Source of the DNA: Eledone cirrhosa
Taxonomy: Eukaryota
Assembly: GCA_964016885.1 (NCBI GenBank)
Contig: OZ024740.1
Span: 372,806,001-372,870,000, forward strand
Length of the DNA: 64,000 bases
Direction: 5' to 3'
Of this stretch, positions 36,514 to 50,615 are shown piece by piece. The translations under genes were made by a program, and so were the position numbers. How positions within the stretch are numbered: the stretch's first letter is position 1; each line of letters opens with the position of its first letter. The notes beneath the pieces were generated by a model. It searched no databases, was not told where the DNA came from, and was given only the letters and a program-made list of their open reading frames with translations.

Positions 36514-38707
36514 ATATATATATAATACAAATACATATACGAAATACTTTTGTTTATTTGTAACGCCCTCAATGCGTGTTTGGTAAATATTACTGGGTAA
36601 TAGTAATAACAATAACAAAAAAAGAACAGAGTGAAGTATAATAATAAAAAAAAGGGTGATGATAGGAAGTATTTTAGCAGTTTTAAAAGATCCTAAATCT
36701 TTCGAATTACCGTTCCATTATCAAGAGGCGTCATTATGGGGTGTCAGAAGTAAAATTAAGAAATATCGCAGGTGGCATAAAATCTACGAAAGGCCACAAA
36801 GCTATTTGTCCGATATTACAAAAACTCTACCTTTAAACTGGTGGGTCACATTTGTACAATGCTGTCAGTATAATTTACTGGTATGATAGCCTCAGAATTA
36901 AAACGGATATTTTTACATATTTCTCTAAACCTTTGAGTAAGAAGATCTACTTACAGAATTAAACTAAATAATGTGGTATTATCAAATTGTTAACTGGGTA
37001 TGCGTATCAAAACAAGGTAATACTATTAAAGAAAATGAAAGATCTATGATGTTTGGAAAGAGTCGTTCTATTAGCTTATTATATTTCTTAGAATCAATGT
37101 TTCTGAGTCAAACCACGTCGCCATGAATCAAAATGGTAATTATATATTATACTATCAGATAGTACCTTAATCAATACTACCTTATACTACCAATGCTAAC
37201 ACTTTACTAAATTTTAGACTTTCTCGGATTGTTTAAAGCGTATGTCGTAACTGCATTCGTATTACTTAAATGCATATGGCAGTGATCTCAACAAAGTCAA
37301 TAATTCATTTGATAATATTCTGATTGAACGTCACTATATACAAATCTGTTAGATGATCTATAGCAACAATATGGTAATCCTGCAAACATTAATTATTAGA
37401 TTACTTGCGTGTCATCATATCTACAAATGTGTTTTTTATTGCATTTTCTAGCACCTTCATCGCCGTGTTTCTTCAAACATGGTAATTTGTTACTGAAACT
37501 ATACCATAAATCAGAATGAACATTGCTGGCTTCTCTGGCAAAAGTTTATTACTTTTGTAGCACATTACAAACTTCAAGCTATAATACTTTTCTGTATTTC
37601 AATTCCTCCTTTAACACTGAAATCAATTACATTTTTCAAAACGCTTTAAATCAAGTGAATGAATGTTTGTATTTCCATATGGAAATTTCCAATGTGAATT
37701 ACATTTGCGGGTAGTGAAGAGGTTTTTTTATTTCATACATGTAATTCTTTGCCGTTTTTCTTTATGAAACGTGGAATAGAAGTGACATCATACTTCCTAA
37801 GTCTTACGTAAATGCTAAGTTAATATATTCTGTATATGCCCGAACGCATCCTAATTTACATTAATTTCTTTGCTATTAAGTCTGGTTTTACTTTTTTATA
37901 CTGAAACCTGCCAAGACCAATCTGTCTTTTTGCGATCTGGAATCGATAAAATATACGCCAGTAAAATACTACAATACAGATTGCTAACATTTCCACCCTC
38001 TTTATATCCACATTTTGGCTTTAAATCTTATTACATAGACTTTAGTGTGAAAACTTTCAAGGCTGCCTCAATAGTAAAATAATTTAAACCATTATAATCA
38101 GATTCATCAGCATTAGTAAAGGTGTTTTTAATGTGATAAAGAAGTCTCAACTGGATTGTTATACGTCTACACAGGAGTAACATTAACGTTCAATCCTCAG
38201 ATATAAATGCTTTTGTACATCATGTGGATATATTTTGCTTTACTTTAATTGAGTTATAAGCATAGATGGAATTATGAAGAACCAATGACAGAAATAACAT
38301 CTTCTTTGAAACATGTTAGAAATCAACCTCTTGCTATGAATATGCCTTGTGCATTAAACAACCATCATGTATACCATTGAGTATCATATGTTTACTTATG
38401 ATTCCACAACAAAGTGAATTAATGTCACACATAATTTGTGTCAGTATAATGATTCAATAAAACATTTATATAATCCTAGTTTCTAGCCAAACTATCAATA
38501 TTATCAACGACATTGTCGATACCTTACGCAAATGTAGCTGGATTCAAGAGCGTATGACCACATTCCTTATACAGATTAAAGTTATGGATCCATCAACGAC
38601 AGCGAAAGGAAAATTGAACAACATATTTTTCTTTTTCCCTTTAATTGTAGGAACACCAATAACACACCAATTCTTTAACTTACAGAAAACCCTTATTCCT
38701 CTCCAGA

Positions 38708-38745
<38 letters not shown>

Positions 38746-40227
38746 TTCAACACCTAGGCTTTTAATCATATTTTATAACATGAACTTTACATACATGTTT
38801 TAAGATGCATAACCTTTACTCACATTCAATCAATTCTATTTATTACCAATGTAAATATTTCAATACATCCATTGCACTAGTCCAACCTGGTAAAGTTATA
38901 CACTACTACTATGCACTAAATACAAATAACATAGCTAACATAGAGATAACACTATATCTCTTTAAATATTGCTACATTAATCTAGGCACATATATAAAAA
39001 ACAAATTAAACCAATCGTTTCGGATATGAAAGAAATGAATAAACAATATAATGCCACGCGAAATATTGCTAACGAATGTAAATATTACCCAAGTACAAAA
39101 ATATGATGATTCGTTTTTCTGAAATATAATAAATTGGATAATTTTTAACGGAACATAATTCTATCGTATCAGATATTTAGACGATTCTAACCAATCACAA
39201 TATCTAGAGTAATACATAATATGCTGCTACAGAATATAGTCATGAAACGTTTTGGTTTTTATACCCATACCCATTTGGACTTTTAATTATTATGACGGGA
39301 TGTAAATTAAAATGTGCAGCTCTCTATCCCGGATTATTATGTTTTATTGTGTTTTTAAGTTTTAAAATATGGATTTGTTTAGAAATAGCTTATGCACATC
39401 TTTTAGAAGTATACATAGAAAGCATTGAAAAATTCCGTTATTTATGATCTAAACATATACAAACAATATTTTACATAGCAGCATTTCTTTGTAAGTCAAT
39501 TAACACCTCTCGTTTTCACACTTTTCCTTACTTCTTTAATGTATGTATACACTGATGAGCTCTCACAGAAGACATAAAATGTTCATACTTGTTATTCAAC
39601 CTCTAACATATGAATATACTTTCAGGTTTTTCTTAAAATTGTTCTTTATCTATTTCTTTTCTTCACCGTCGCAACACATTCACATATATATGATCAAATC
39701 TGCCATGTTTTACTCCATCTGTTTAGATAGTTATCACTTATGAGTTAACATGTTTTCATATGTCAGAAACATGATATGATATATTTTCTAAGTATGGTAA
39801 GGCAACTCGGAAAACATTTATTGTATATAAACCTCGTAATTATAGGACTATGATATCTCAGGGTGCCAGCAAAATGACCTTTGTAATAATTAGTTAGTTC
39901 AAAAAAGAAGATACATAACAATAGAAGCTATCTGAATACAGCGACCACATATATTTGCAATAAATACACTCGCGTTCTCATACACAGAATAATAAAAACT
40001 CTACTTCCAAAGAGAGTTTCATGAATCTGTCTCATCGAGCTTAGCAAATGATCAAAATAAAATCTTAAACTAATTATTATCTGAACAATTAATACGACAG
40101 TATAACCAAACATATATATATAATATGGCGTGGAAGTTGATGATTTGCTTTCTCGACATACGCAGTTACGTTTCCAATAAGCAGATGCCCCAAAGCGTAA
40201 ACCTCACAAAATATACCATTCTTCGTA

Positions 40228-40265
<38 letters not shown>

Positions 40266-40364
40266 CATTTTAGTAAGGCTGAATAGTAAGTCTTGCTGCT
40301 CTGGAGTTTCGCCTGTTCATCACAGGTTCATCAAACAAGAACTCCTTTCTCGCGCACACATACA

Positions 40365-40475
<111 letters not shown>

Positions 40476-40484
40476 GTGTATATA

Positions 40485-40506
40485 TCTCGACTCTGTTTTT
40501 TATCTT

Positions 40507-40541
<35 letters not shown>

Positions 40542-40560
40542 ATAAAAAACAGAGTCGAGA
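40485..40560. repeat. Perfect 23-bp inverted repeat flanking (TA)n
   Basis: TCTCGACTCTGTTTTTTATCTTT (40485-40507) and AAAGATAAAAAACAGAGTCGAGA (40538-40560). Confidence 0.9.
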
Positions 40561-40693
40561 CCTTTGGTGACGTTTCTAATTACTCATGAGGTTAACTCGG
40601 TATCATAATGAACGCGTGGTAAAATGATGCATCCTAGTTGGATTGTTTATCGACATAGACGTGAGGGAATGTCCCTCGTCTAATTACCAATTT

Positions 40694-41075
40694 TGTAACT
40701 GAGAATTATAACAAAGTGAGTGGGTGTTTGCGTAAACAAGACAATAACCACAACGAGAGTTATATTTAACAATCTAAATAATGGTGATGTTTATTTTGTT
40801 TATATGTGTTTATTATATTACAAATGGAATATACCAAATATTGACGTGGTCAGTTGTTGTGATGGGAGCGTATTACAATTACAAAGGTATTGTGGGGTTT
40901 GCTGTTTGCTGTTCCCTTGGCTGTTTATCGTTTCGTGGTACAGAGGCTGTTTTCTGTGGCGTGTATACCGTCTGCTTTCCCGTCGCTGTCTCTGTTTACC
41001 TCTGGTGTTCTCAACCAGGGGGAGACAACTAGCTTGGTCTATTATCCGACAGGAGGCGTGAGGCGTCTTACTATA
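40694..41075 (-). repeat. 3' LTR of the Gypsy element (distal end inferred)
   Basis: A polypurine tract GGCAGGGGA lies just upstream. The LTR begins TATAGTAAG (5' copy TGTAGTAAG), contains AATAAA, and has a candidate end GTTACA at 40694. No target-site duplication found. Confidence 0.65.
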
Positions 41076-41117
41076 GTATCCCCTGCCAGATTTTAAAATC
41101 ATCGAAAATCGATGTTA

Positions 41118-44100
41118 TTACTCACACGTGGAGTAAGATGGCGAACAATGCAACAAGGGGGAGCTATTCGCTCTACCAATCATTAAATCCAAAATAAGGA
41201 TTTGAAAAATGTTTAAAAAAACAACATGCATGCATAAAAAAAAGGGCAAAGAAAAAGCAGAAACACAGAGGCAAAAAAAGGTGCAGCTAACATAGTCTAA
41301 ATATAGACGGTGCTGCAACATTGGCGATGGTGGTGGTGTAGGGACAGGCGATGATGGTGGTTCAGGAACAGGCGTTCGCTCAACAGGCAAATACGAAGGG
41401 GTTCGTGGATCAGGAACCACAGCGTCCGTGTCAAGGTGTGCCTGCTTAAGCCTGTCTATTGTAACTGTCTCCCTGGACCCTTTAATATCTAAAGTGAAAT
41501 GCTTAGCCGAGCGCGCTAAGACACGGTAAGGTGCAGTGTAAGGCTGTGTGAGCGGGGGCTTCACAGAATCTTTCCTTACAAAGACATGCGTCAACGAGGC
41601 AACATCCCTCGGGACAGCATTCTTGACAGTTTGTTTCCTAGTGTCCATTGGCGGCAAATCCTGGAAATAGGAGCGCAAACGGGACACGTAGGAAGCGTGA
41701 TATTGGGCATCAAGATCGATAGGGGCAAGCATTTGCCCGGGCAACGTCAGAGGAGCACCGTACAGTACTTCGGCCTGTGAAAATCCAAAGTCGACCTTCA
41801 CCGTTGACCGAATCCCTAATAGCACAATAGGGAGGTACTCGCTCCAATGCGCCGAGTCCATTGAGGCCATTAAGGAGGCCTTCAGTTGTCGGTGAAAACG
41901 CTCCACCATACCATTCGAAGCGGGATGGTACGCCGTAGTTCTAATGCGTTTAGCACCAATTAATTTTGACAGTTCGAGGAAAAGGCTCGACTCGAACTGT
42001 CGTCCACGGTCGGTAGTTATTGTGGATGGAACTCCATAACGAGAGATCCATCCAGACACAAGAGCACGCGCTGTTGTCTCAGCGGTGATGTTTTTCAAGC
42101 GGATGGCTTCAGGCCATCTCGAAAAACGGTCAATTATGGTCAGCAGATAAGAATAACCATCGCTGACAGGCCAAGGTCCCACTATATCAATATGAATGTG
42201 CGAAAAATGCGCATCTGTGTTAGTAAAGGTACCCAGGGGAGCCTTGACGTGTCGATGAACCTTTGATTTCTGGCAAGCGGCGCAGGAACGGCACCAAGCA
42301 GCAACTTCACGCCTCATATTTGGCCAGAAAAATCTAGCTGATATGAGCTTTGCTGTGGCAGAAGATCCTGGATGCGAGAAACTATGTAATGCCAGGAACA
42401 CGGTCCGACGATGATTCTCTGGAACGAAGGGCCTAGGCACATCCAAAGAGACGTCGCAGAGAATTTGGCCAACTGCAGTCGACAGAGGCAAGTATTTCAT
42501 CTCGTAATTCGCAAACTCGGGCGATGTAACTTCCAATGACTCAAGGGGAGGCTGATCCGCAGCCAAACGAGTCAGATCTATATCAGAGGGTGACGAGATC
42601 GCTGTCACGGGTAAGCGGGACAAAGCATCGGCCGCTGTATTTAGTGAACCCGGAACGTGTTGGATATCATTCGTATATTGCGAGATGAAATCAAGGTGTC
42701 TCGTCTCTCTGGGCGAGTATTTATCAGCCTTCACTCTCAACGCAAAAGTTAATGGTTTATGGTCAGTGAGGATAGTAAATAATCTACCCTCTAGCATATG
42801 TGAAAAAATGTTTCACGGGCAAATGGATGGCTAAAAGCTCTCTTCCAAAGGTGCTGTAGCGCGTCTCAGCAGGTTTCAGCTTTCTGGAAAAAAACTCCAG
42901 CGGTTGCTGGCAACCATTGATGTTTTGCTGTAGCACTGCGCCCACAGCGATATCCGATGCATCAACACAAAGCGTTAGCTTTGCACCGGGTACCTGATGA
43001 GCCAGTAACGAAGCAGTAGCCAAAGCAGTTTTGGCGTGCTGAAAATCAGCAAGTTGAGTGTCTGTCAAAGAAATGTCTTTGTTCTTCTTCGACAAATTTT
43101 TAAAATCTCCGTCAGGGAGAAAAGCAATCTTGTACAATTTGGCACGAAACGCCTATAAAAGTTAATCAGACCTAAGAACTGGCGTAACTGACGTAGTGAG
43201 GTCGGTGGAGGCAAATCCTCTATGACCTTAACTCGCTCAGGCCGGGGTCGAATACCGTCAGCATCGATGACGTGACCCAAGAAAGTCAGTGACTCAGCAC
43301 CAAAAACACATTTGGGTGCATTAATCTGCACGTTATACGCCTTCAATCGGCGGAAAAGAAGATTCAAATGGTGCGTATGTTGCTCTTGAGAAGAACTAGC
43401 AATGAGCAGGTCGTCAATATAGGTATAGACGAAATCGAGGCCACGAGTAACCTCATCCATAAACCGATGAAACGTACTAGCGGCATTCCTTAATCCGAAC
43501 GGCATGGTCAAAAACTCAAATGACCCAAATGGTCTAACTATAGCCGTTTTTGGAATGTCATTTTTATGGACAGGAATTTGATGGTACGCACGAATTAAAT
43601 CCAGTTTGGAGAATATCTTGCATCCCTGCAACGAAGACGCAAAGTCTTGCAGATGATGGATAGGATAACGGTCCGGTTCCGTTATCGAATTTAAGCGTCG
43701 ATAATCTCCAGTAGGTCTCCAATCGCCAGTCGCTTTCGGTACCATGTGTAATGGGGACGCCCACGGGCTCGTGGACGGACGAATAATCCCCAACTGCAGC
43801 ATATGATCAGACTCTGATCGTGCTGCTTTGAGTTTGTCCGGTGGCAAGCGACGAGGACGAGAAAAAACGGGAGCACCAGTTGTAGATATGAAGTGCTCCG
43901 TGGTATGAGTTGGCTCATCGACTCGAAAATTTCCCTGAGTCAGTTGCGGGAACGAGTTCAACAACGCATGGTATGTATCACCGGTGTTAGCAAGAAAAAA
44001 GGTCGGGCTAACCGTTGGAACTCCTGCTGCCTTGCCAACAACAGTTAAACCAGTGATGCCATCAATTAGGCGCTTTCGACGGAGGTCCACCGTCAATGAA

Positions 44101-44782
44101 AAATGGTGTAGAAAATCCGCGCTTAGAATCGGATACGGCAAGGCAGCGACAGTAAATATCCATTTAAACTCGCGCCGCAGATTACGGAACTGCAAAGGTA
44201 GCGAGATTTGTCCGAAGGTTCGAATCGGCGAACAATTTACTGCCTGCAACTCAATAGGTGTCTCAGAGGGAGTCTCCTTCATACAACACACAGGCCATAC
44301 TGAACAAACTGCACCTATGTCCACCAGAAAGGCTCTACCTGATAGCAGATCTTCAATGAAAAAGTGGCGGTTGGATGAAGTTTTGCAAAGCGCACTATCC
44401 GCCGTTAGTGACTCTGATCGTCGTTTCCCATGTAAGCACAAGGAGGCCTACAACGGGCGGCTTTCTCGCCTTATTTGTCATGGTAATAACAATATGTTTG
44501 ATTTGATGTTTTGGAAGGGCTACGGTGGCGAGGAGTTAAATAAGTTCGTGAGCGGCTCCTCTGCCGTCCAAAAGACCTGAATTCCTGGCACAACTCCGCC
44601 ATTTGACGGGTCATGGCTTCCATTGTTTTGACTAATTTCTCATCACTCGCTGATGAGCGTGATTGAGGAAGAGAAGAGGAAGCAACGTACTTTGGCTTCG
44701 AAGTGTCTGTCTTCGTCACTTCTACAATTTTGTCAGCAGAGACAGCAATGTGGTCGAGGGTATTTACCTCTGGTGTTCTCAA
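41118..44782 (-). pseudogene. Gypsy gag-pol remnant in four ORF pieces
   Basis: ORFs 44471-44782, 43065-44441, 42784-43137 and 41118-42797. Confidence 0.92.
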
Positions 44783-46280
44783 CCAGGGGGAGACAACTAG
44801 CTTGGTCTATTATCCGTCAGGGGGCGTGAGGCGTCTTACTACAAACAGTTCAACATTATCAGTGACAATTGTAGAAGATGTATTTTTTCGTGAACATTGG
44901 ACAATCCCACATTTACATCAACGATACCTGGCTATCACGTTTCATATTACAAGCTTTTATTGTAGATAATAGCATCGGGAATAATATTTCGAATAAAACA
45001 TCAGTCAAACTGAAGGGCTTTCTTTACACGAGGTGCAAGTAAAGAACTATTGGTTTCTGTTATATCGAACTGCACACATATAAAAAATTGCTTTCATCTA
45101 TATTCCTGAACCGCATGATACGAGATAAATTATTTTTCTAGAATATATAAGTTGAAAGATAAGATCTCACTTTGCTTCACATTTTGGCGGTTCTCGTAAC
45201 CTGAAAATTTCTACTTTATTTAGTAGGTTGGTAGCTATTTCGTTTATTTCTGAATACAAGATGCGTGTTAAAGTTAGTTTCCTTACACTTGTTGGTGGTA
45301 TTGTCAGGTAGGTGTGTATGGCATGTGGGACTGACAGTATGATACATAATATTTGTATTGTCCGTAAATTTGATTGGCTATTTCAAATGATAAAATCTGC
45401 TATATAATTGTATACAATTTCTTCACAAATGTCATTTCTGTCCTGTTAAAGAGCTCAGTTTAGTTAGTTTCTATTTAATCAAACAAAACATTCATCTTGA
45501 AATTCAACCAGACCGCCATGCAAGTAGATGTCATAATAAAGATTTTTTCTAAGACATTTATAGTTTTAAAATCAAGAAAATGATAATCATATATATTTTA
45601 AAAAAAACACGACAGATATTTAAAAACAGAAGATATAGGGAAGGGCTAGTGCTCTAGGGTCACACAAGAATGGAAGGAGGAAAAAGAGGGTGTGATATTT
45701 CTTGATCGATCAAACAGTGTTTATGACATTTGAAACAGATAATATTTAGAAAACGTGTTGACAAAAAATACAAATTATGAAACGTTGAATATTATCTAGC
45801 ATGATTATTTCCATGTTTATTTGTGATGACAACAGCAGAAGTAAAAGTTCTCTTATATTTCTGATATCAATATTATAAAAAGAAACGAAATAAGCTCTAT
45901 TAGTTTGTTTTGTTAATACACATTGTTTTTATATTAATGGACGGCTAAATATATCACTATTTGCACTTCTACATTGTCCCCGTATTCTTAACGAATAGAC
46001 TTCCGTAATTTTTTAATTCGTATAAACTTCAAGATGAAAAAATATGACAGAAAGAAATAAAGATAATGTTGAATTCCAGACTTGAAAAAATGATACGTCA
46101 TCTAGTTTCCTGTTGTCATACTATGAGTTAAAAAGCATTGGTGAAAATGAAATCCTCAGATGTAGGTCCATATTTAAAGTACATGAATTTATACATGATA
46201 ATTGCTCCCCGGGGAACAAAACTCGAGTTAGTGAACATCGTTAGTTTTTCCTCCCTCATATCAAAGATTTGAAGACAATT

Positions 46281-46368
46281 CATTATTCACTTGATGAGAT
46301 CAGTGATAATCGATCATGACCACACTAGCGATCTATCTCTGATTGAAACATGTGTCGTGATTAAAATG
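46281..46368 (+). ncRNA. Type I hammerhead-like motif, U3 variant (solo Penelope end, same family as 34011-34098)
   Basis: CATTATTCAC TTGATGA GATCAG...CTGATT GAAA CATGTG TC GTGATTAAAATG. Confidence 0.65.
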
Positions 46369-46522
46369 ATTGGAAATTTATACCATGCCTTCGGCTCTTT
46401 ATTTTGATATATATATATACAATATATTTATAAAACCATATTTATTTTATTATATATATTTCAAGGGTACCAAGACACATTCGTACGCTTTCGGACTTCC
46501 AACAAATTAAATACCCCTTCTA

Positions 46523-46583
<61 letters not shown>

Positions 46584-46827
46584 GTACGTAAATATATGAT
46601 TTTGTGTATGCATCAAGAGATCATTTCTTGGTATGAAACCGGACCCACTAAAATAACACACTGGTTATGTGAATATGTCTTCCAAAAAAGAACAGGAATC
46701 TGATAGAATCTCTCAGACTTTCTCCCAAACAAATATCACCAAGGCCGAATTTAATTTCCATCTCAATGAACTTCTGCCCGAGGAGTGAATTTCTAAACAG
46801 GAGATATATTGATAAACAATTAAATAC

Positions 46828-49200
46828 AAGCCGAATATGTACTATTTACATGCCATGTAATTAATTTTGAATTATATAACTAGGCAATCACAAGATATAG
46901 AAATGGTTACCTATTTATTTGCGTTATGTTTCTTGCTGGTATATTCATTTCAGTGAATCGACTGACACACATGTAATCAGAAAGATTTATGTTCATGCTT
47001 GAGGGATCTTCAGGCGTAGTATCTGCAACTGAGTATTTTGCCATATCTCCCCGATATTTAGTACCAACTTTATTTAATACCATGAATAAATATATTTACG
47101 TTCCTGTGGCTTAAAACTGTGATGTTATGTATTACAAATATCTTCATTAGAAAACATACATACGAAATATTAATAAAAACATATCCTAACAAGTAAATAC
47201 AAATTTTAAGATTTCTCCTTCTATTTTTTCCTTACTTTAAGAGTTACATTTTTATTCGAGCTATAATATTATATTATAATATTTATAATATTATAATATA
47301 TCATGCTATACAGTTATAGTATTTAGAATAAATATATCAGATACGTGCTCGATAAATGTCTTTCTGGTAACCTTTACAGGGAAATGGCAAATTGCTTTTT
47401 CTCACTCTCAGTGTCGATATGCAGATCAAATGAACTTTGTTGCCTGCAATTTATATATACCTCTCAATCTTAGGTCAATATAAACAACATACATTTTCCT
47501 ATCTATCTATCTATCTATCTATTAACTATCTATCTATCTATCTATTTACCAGCACGTTTATTTCTCTTGCAATTGAATCACACCCATAGACGCACGCATA
47601 TAGACACAATCAAACACACATACGCATAGAACACGGACGTTTTTTGTAGAAACTGTTAATTTTGTAAATAATTTCGATTTGTTAATTCGAGGTAGACTTT
47701 TATCTATTCTCATTGGCATTTCAATGATGTAAAATCCGACTAGTTTTCGAGTTATCTCTTTTATATACTCAATATTGGATTATCTCTGTAACACATTGCC
47801 AAGTAGTTAATTAATTACCATTCTATCGACCGATTATACCACCAGGTTTTTTGAGAAAATATTAATGTATTATTATGAATAAATAAATATATTTTAAAAT
47901 TAATCTTTTCTAATTATTTATCGATAAACTGTATGGAAGAATCGGGTTGTTAAAAATAAGCATGGATTTCCAGACTCTATGTTTATGAATTAGTAAAAAT
48001 ACTAGCACACGTTCTGATTTCAAATCGCGTAAGGCCAATGCTGCTTTTCATTCATGCCTTATGCATTGGATATACAAAAAACAGATCAATCACGGCGTGG
48101 AGTCGATAAAATGAAATTGGACAATAGAAATAAAAAATATTTTATTGTGCATTTATATAGGACCCCCCCCCCCAAAAAAAAAAAAAAAAATTGTATTGGC
48201 AATATCAGTAGAGTGACGGGTAATAAGCATTGCAGAAGTTTGTCATGTACTTGTAAAACACAGCCAATCATGTTCAATTGAGTAGCAAATAAGTAATGAG
48301 TTGTTCAGTTTGATCGACTATAATCTTTCCCCAACGAATATGGAATTATACCGATATCAGAAATCAGAACTGTTGGCAGAGGCAAGGAGCTGCTTGAAAA
48401 TCGAACGTAATACGTTACGGTACTTAGGTTTGAACTAAAATTCCTGCCGGTTATTGTTCACCTTTTCTTTAATACTTCCTGGGGAAACATAGTAAATGTA
48501 CCAGCTAGATCCTGCCAACGATTTGTAAACTTCCTCAGTTTGGCAATGCAATATTAGGAATGAATAATAACAGTAATCTTCTGTATAGATTTAGCTACTA
48601 AAATGTTAACAGAAAGTATTTATTTTTGGTATAATTTCATGAAGTGTTTCTAAATAATTTCATGAAATGTTTCTAAATAATTTCATGACTAAGCCGAATA
48701 TGTACGATTGTCATTCCCAGTAGTTAATTTTGAATTATATAACTAGGCAATCACAAGATATAAAAACGGTTAGCTATTTATTTGCGCTATGTTTCTTGCT
48801 GGTATATTAATTTCGTTGAATCTGCTGACACACATGTTATCAGAAATATAAACATTTATGTTCATGCTTGAGTTATCTTCAGGCGTAGTATCTGCATCTG
48901 AGTATTTTCCCATATCTCCCCGATATCTTCGTACCAACTTTATTTTATACCATGAATAAATATATTTACGTTCCCGTGGCTTAATTCTGTGATGTTTTGT
49001 ATTACAAATGTCAATATTAGAGAACATACATACGAAATATTAATGAAAACAAATCCTAACAAGTAAATACAAATTTTAAGATCTCTCCCTCTATTTTCTC
49101 TTTACTTTAAGAGTTACTTTTTTATTCGAGAATTAATATCATGCTATACAGTTATAGTATTTAGAATAAATATATCAGATATGTGCTCGATGAATGTCTT
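46828..49200. repeat. Diverged ~520-bp direct duplication (46828-47362 and 48691-49200)
   Basis: AAGCCGAATATGTAC...TTAATTTTGAATTATATAACTAGGCAATCACAAGATAT...GTGCTCGAT.AATGTCTT is present in both copies. Confidence 0.9.
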
Positions 49201-50286
49201 ATTTACACATTTATATATTAAACTGTTTAAAGAGTTTGCGTAATGTATGTTTAGTAATAACAAAATGTTTACTAAAGGTATTGTGCTAAGCTTCAGAGCA
49301 ATTGTTGGTTCGTGATGAATTATCTTGCAATTAAATTCCCATGAGTAAACATTTCTGAAATATTTGTATATTGAAATCAGTAAAGGTAACCAATACAAGA
49401 GATTACCACGAATAAAAACATATTTGTATTATTATGGAGAGGAAACGCTACATATACAACCTAAGTTTTAATACAAATGATCGTTGAGAAAATGAATTGT
49501 GGTACCGAGAAACATATACAAAGATTTATTCTAAAATTCGTTCGATTCAAAGTCCAGCACATCATATCTCCCCTGCTCATTCATCATTAACTACACAAAT
49601 CATCTTAATAAAACTGAACATACAGGTGAACTATTTATTTTATCGTTCCTTATGTTAACCGTATTATCAGTGACTACTTCTTCCCGTCAACGTTTCTAGA
49701 CCTTCAAACGCTAACCATTTCTTTGATTGCCTCATGATCAGGTATATGATTATGTCCCCAAAAATTAAATGTAATTTAAATTAATAGTTTATTTTTAAAT
49801 TCATCATCGTAATCAATGAATTGAAGATATACACCCTGATTTAAATCGGTGCAGTCAACAGTGTACTGAATATTTATTTCGTTTAAATAAGAAATGTAAT
49901 ACAGTATGTATTATGAAATCATCAATAAATACTATCAATTTCGTTTAATCTACTAAACCAGCGATTTGAGAAACTGCTAATAATTGCAATTCTGTACCAC
50001 TTCCCTCTTAGAGTTTAATCATGGTAGATATGAAACCCATAATTCACTTCTGACATACATTAAACTTACTCCTGGTACAATCACACTTTATATCAACCTG
50101 CATAGTTGTGAAGCACAGGCATAGGAAATGTCACATCGCTGCACATTTACATTTTCAATGATATAGATATTATAAGCAAACAATGCTATGCTAAATTAAA
50201 CATTTTCAACATCAAAATCACAATTTTGATATACTAAATCTTATAACAGCTATAGAAACACATACGCACACAGAAATACACACATA

Positions 50287-50317
<31 letters not shown>

Positions 50318-50324
50318 TACACAC

Positions 50325-50417
<93 letters not shown>

Positions 50418-50615
50418 TCATATATCAGATAATACATGAATGTGTGTAGCTAATTCATTAGCAGTGGTTTCGTTATTTGATGGAAAATTGCATATCGATA
50501 TAAAGAAACAGCCTGAAACTTAAGAAACTGCAGTATGGACTTAAGTAATTTGAGACGCACAATAGTAAATTGGGATGATCAGGCAATAATTAAATAGATG
50601 TCATAGCGTACTTAC

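Larger units (their letters stand above)
40694..44843 (-). mobile_element. Ty3/Gypsy LTR retrotransposon, internally deleted and frameshifted
   Basis: Gag end (RSRSR..CYYH), PR (FLVDIGA), RT ([20 protein letters not shown]), RNase H (VDAS, FGRELLA, TDHKPL) and integrase ([26 protein letters not shown]), in Gypsy order. The LTR start is repeated at 40996-41075 and 44764-44843. Confidence 0.95.

Noticed and set aside
38095-38135. Minus-strand TNADE (nAChR loop A-like) and CTGATGA
   Set aside because: No W.PD.L.Y upstream and no splice sites; no stem II or GAAA for a hammerhead.
39541-39590. CTGATGAGCTC with GTATG/CATAC flanks
   Set aside because: The GAAA box and stems II/III are not recoverable; at best a very old relic.
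40562-40597. Minus-strand CTCATGA...GAAACGTC
   Set aside because: G5 is mutated, and there is no convincing stem I or stem II.
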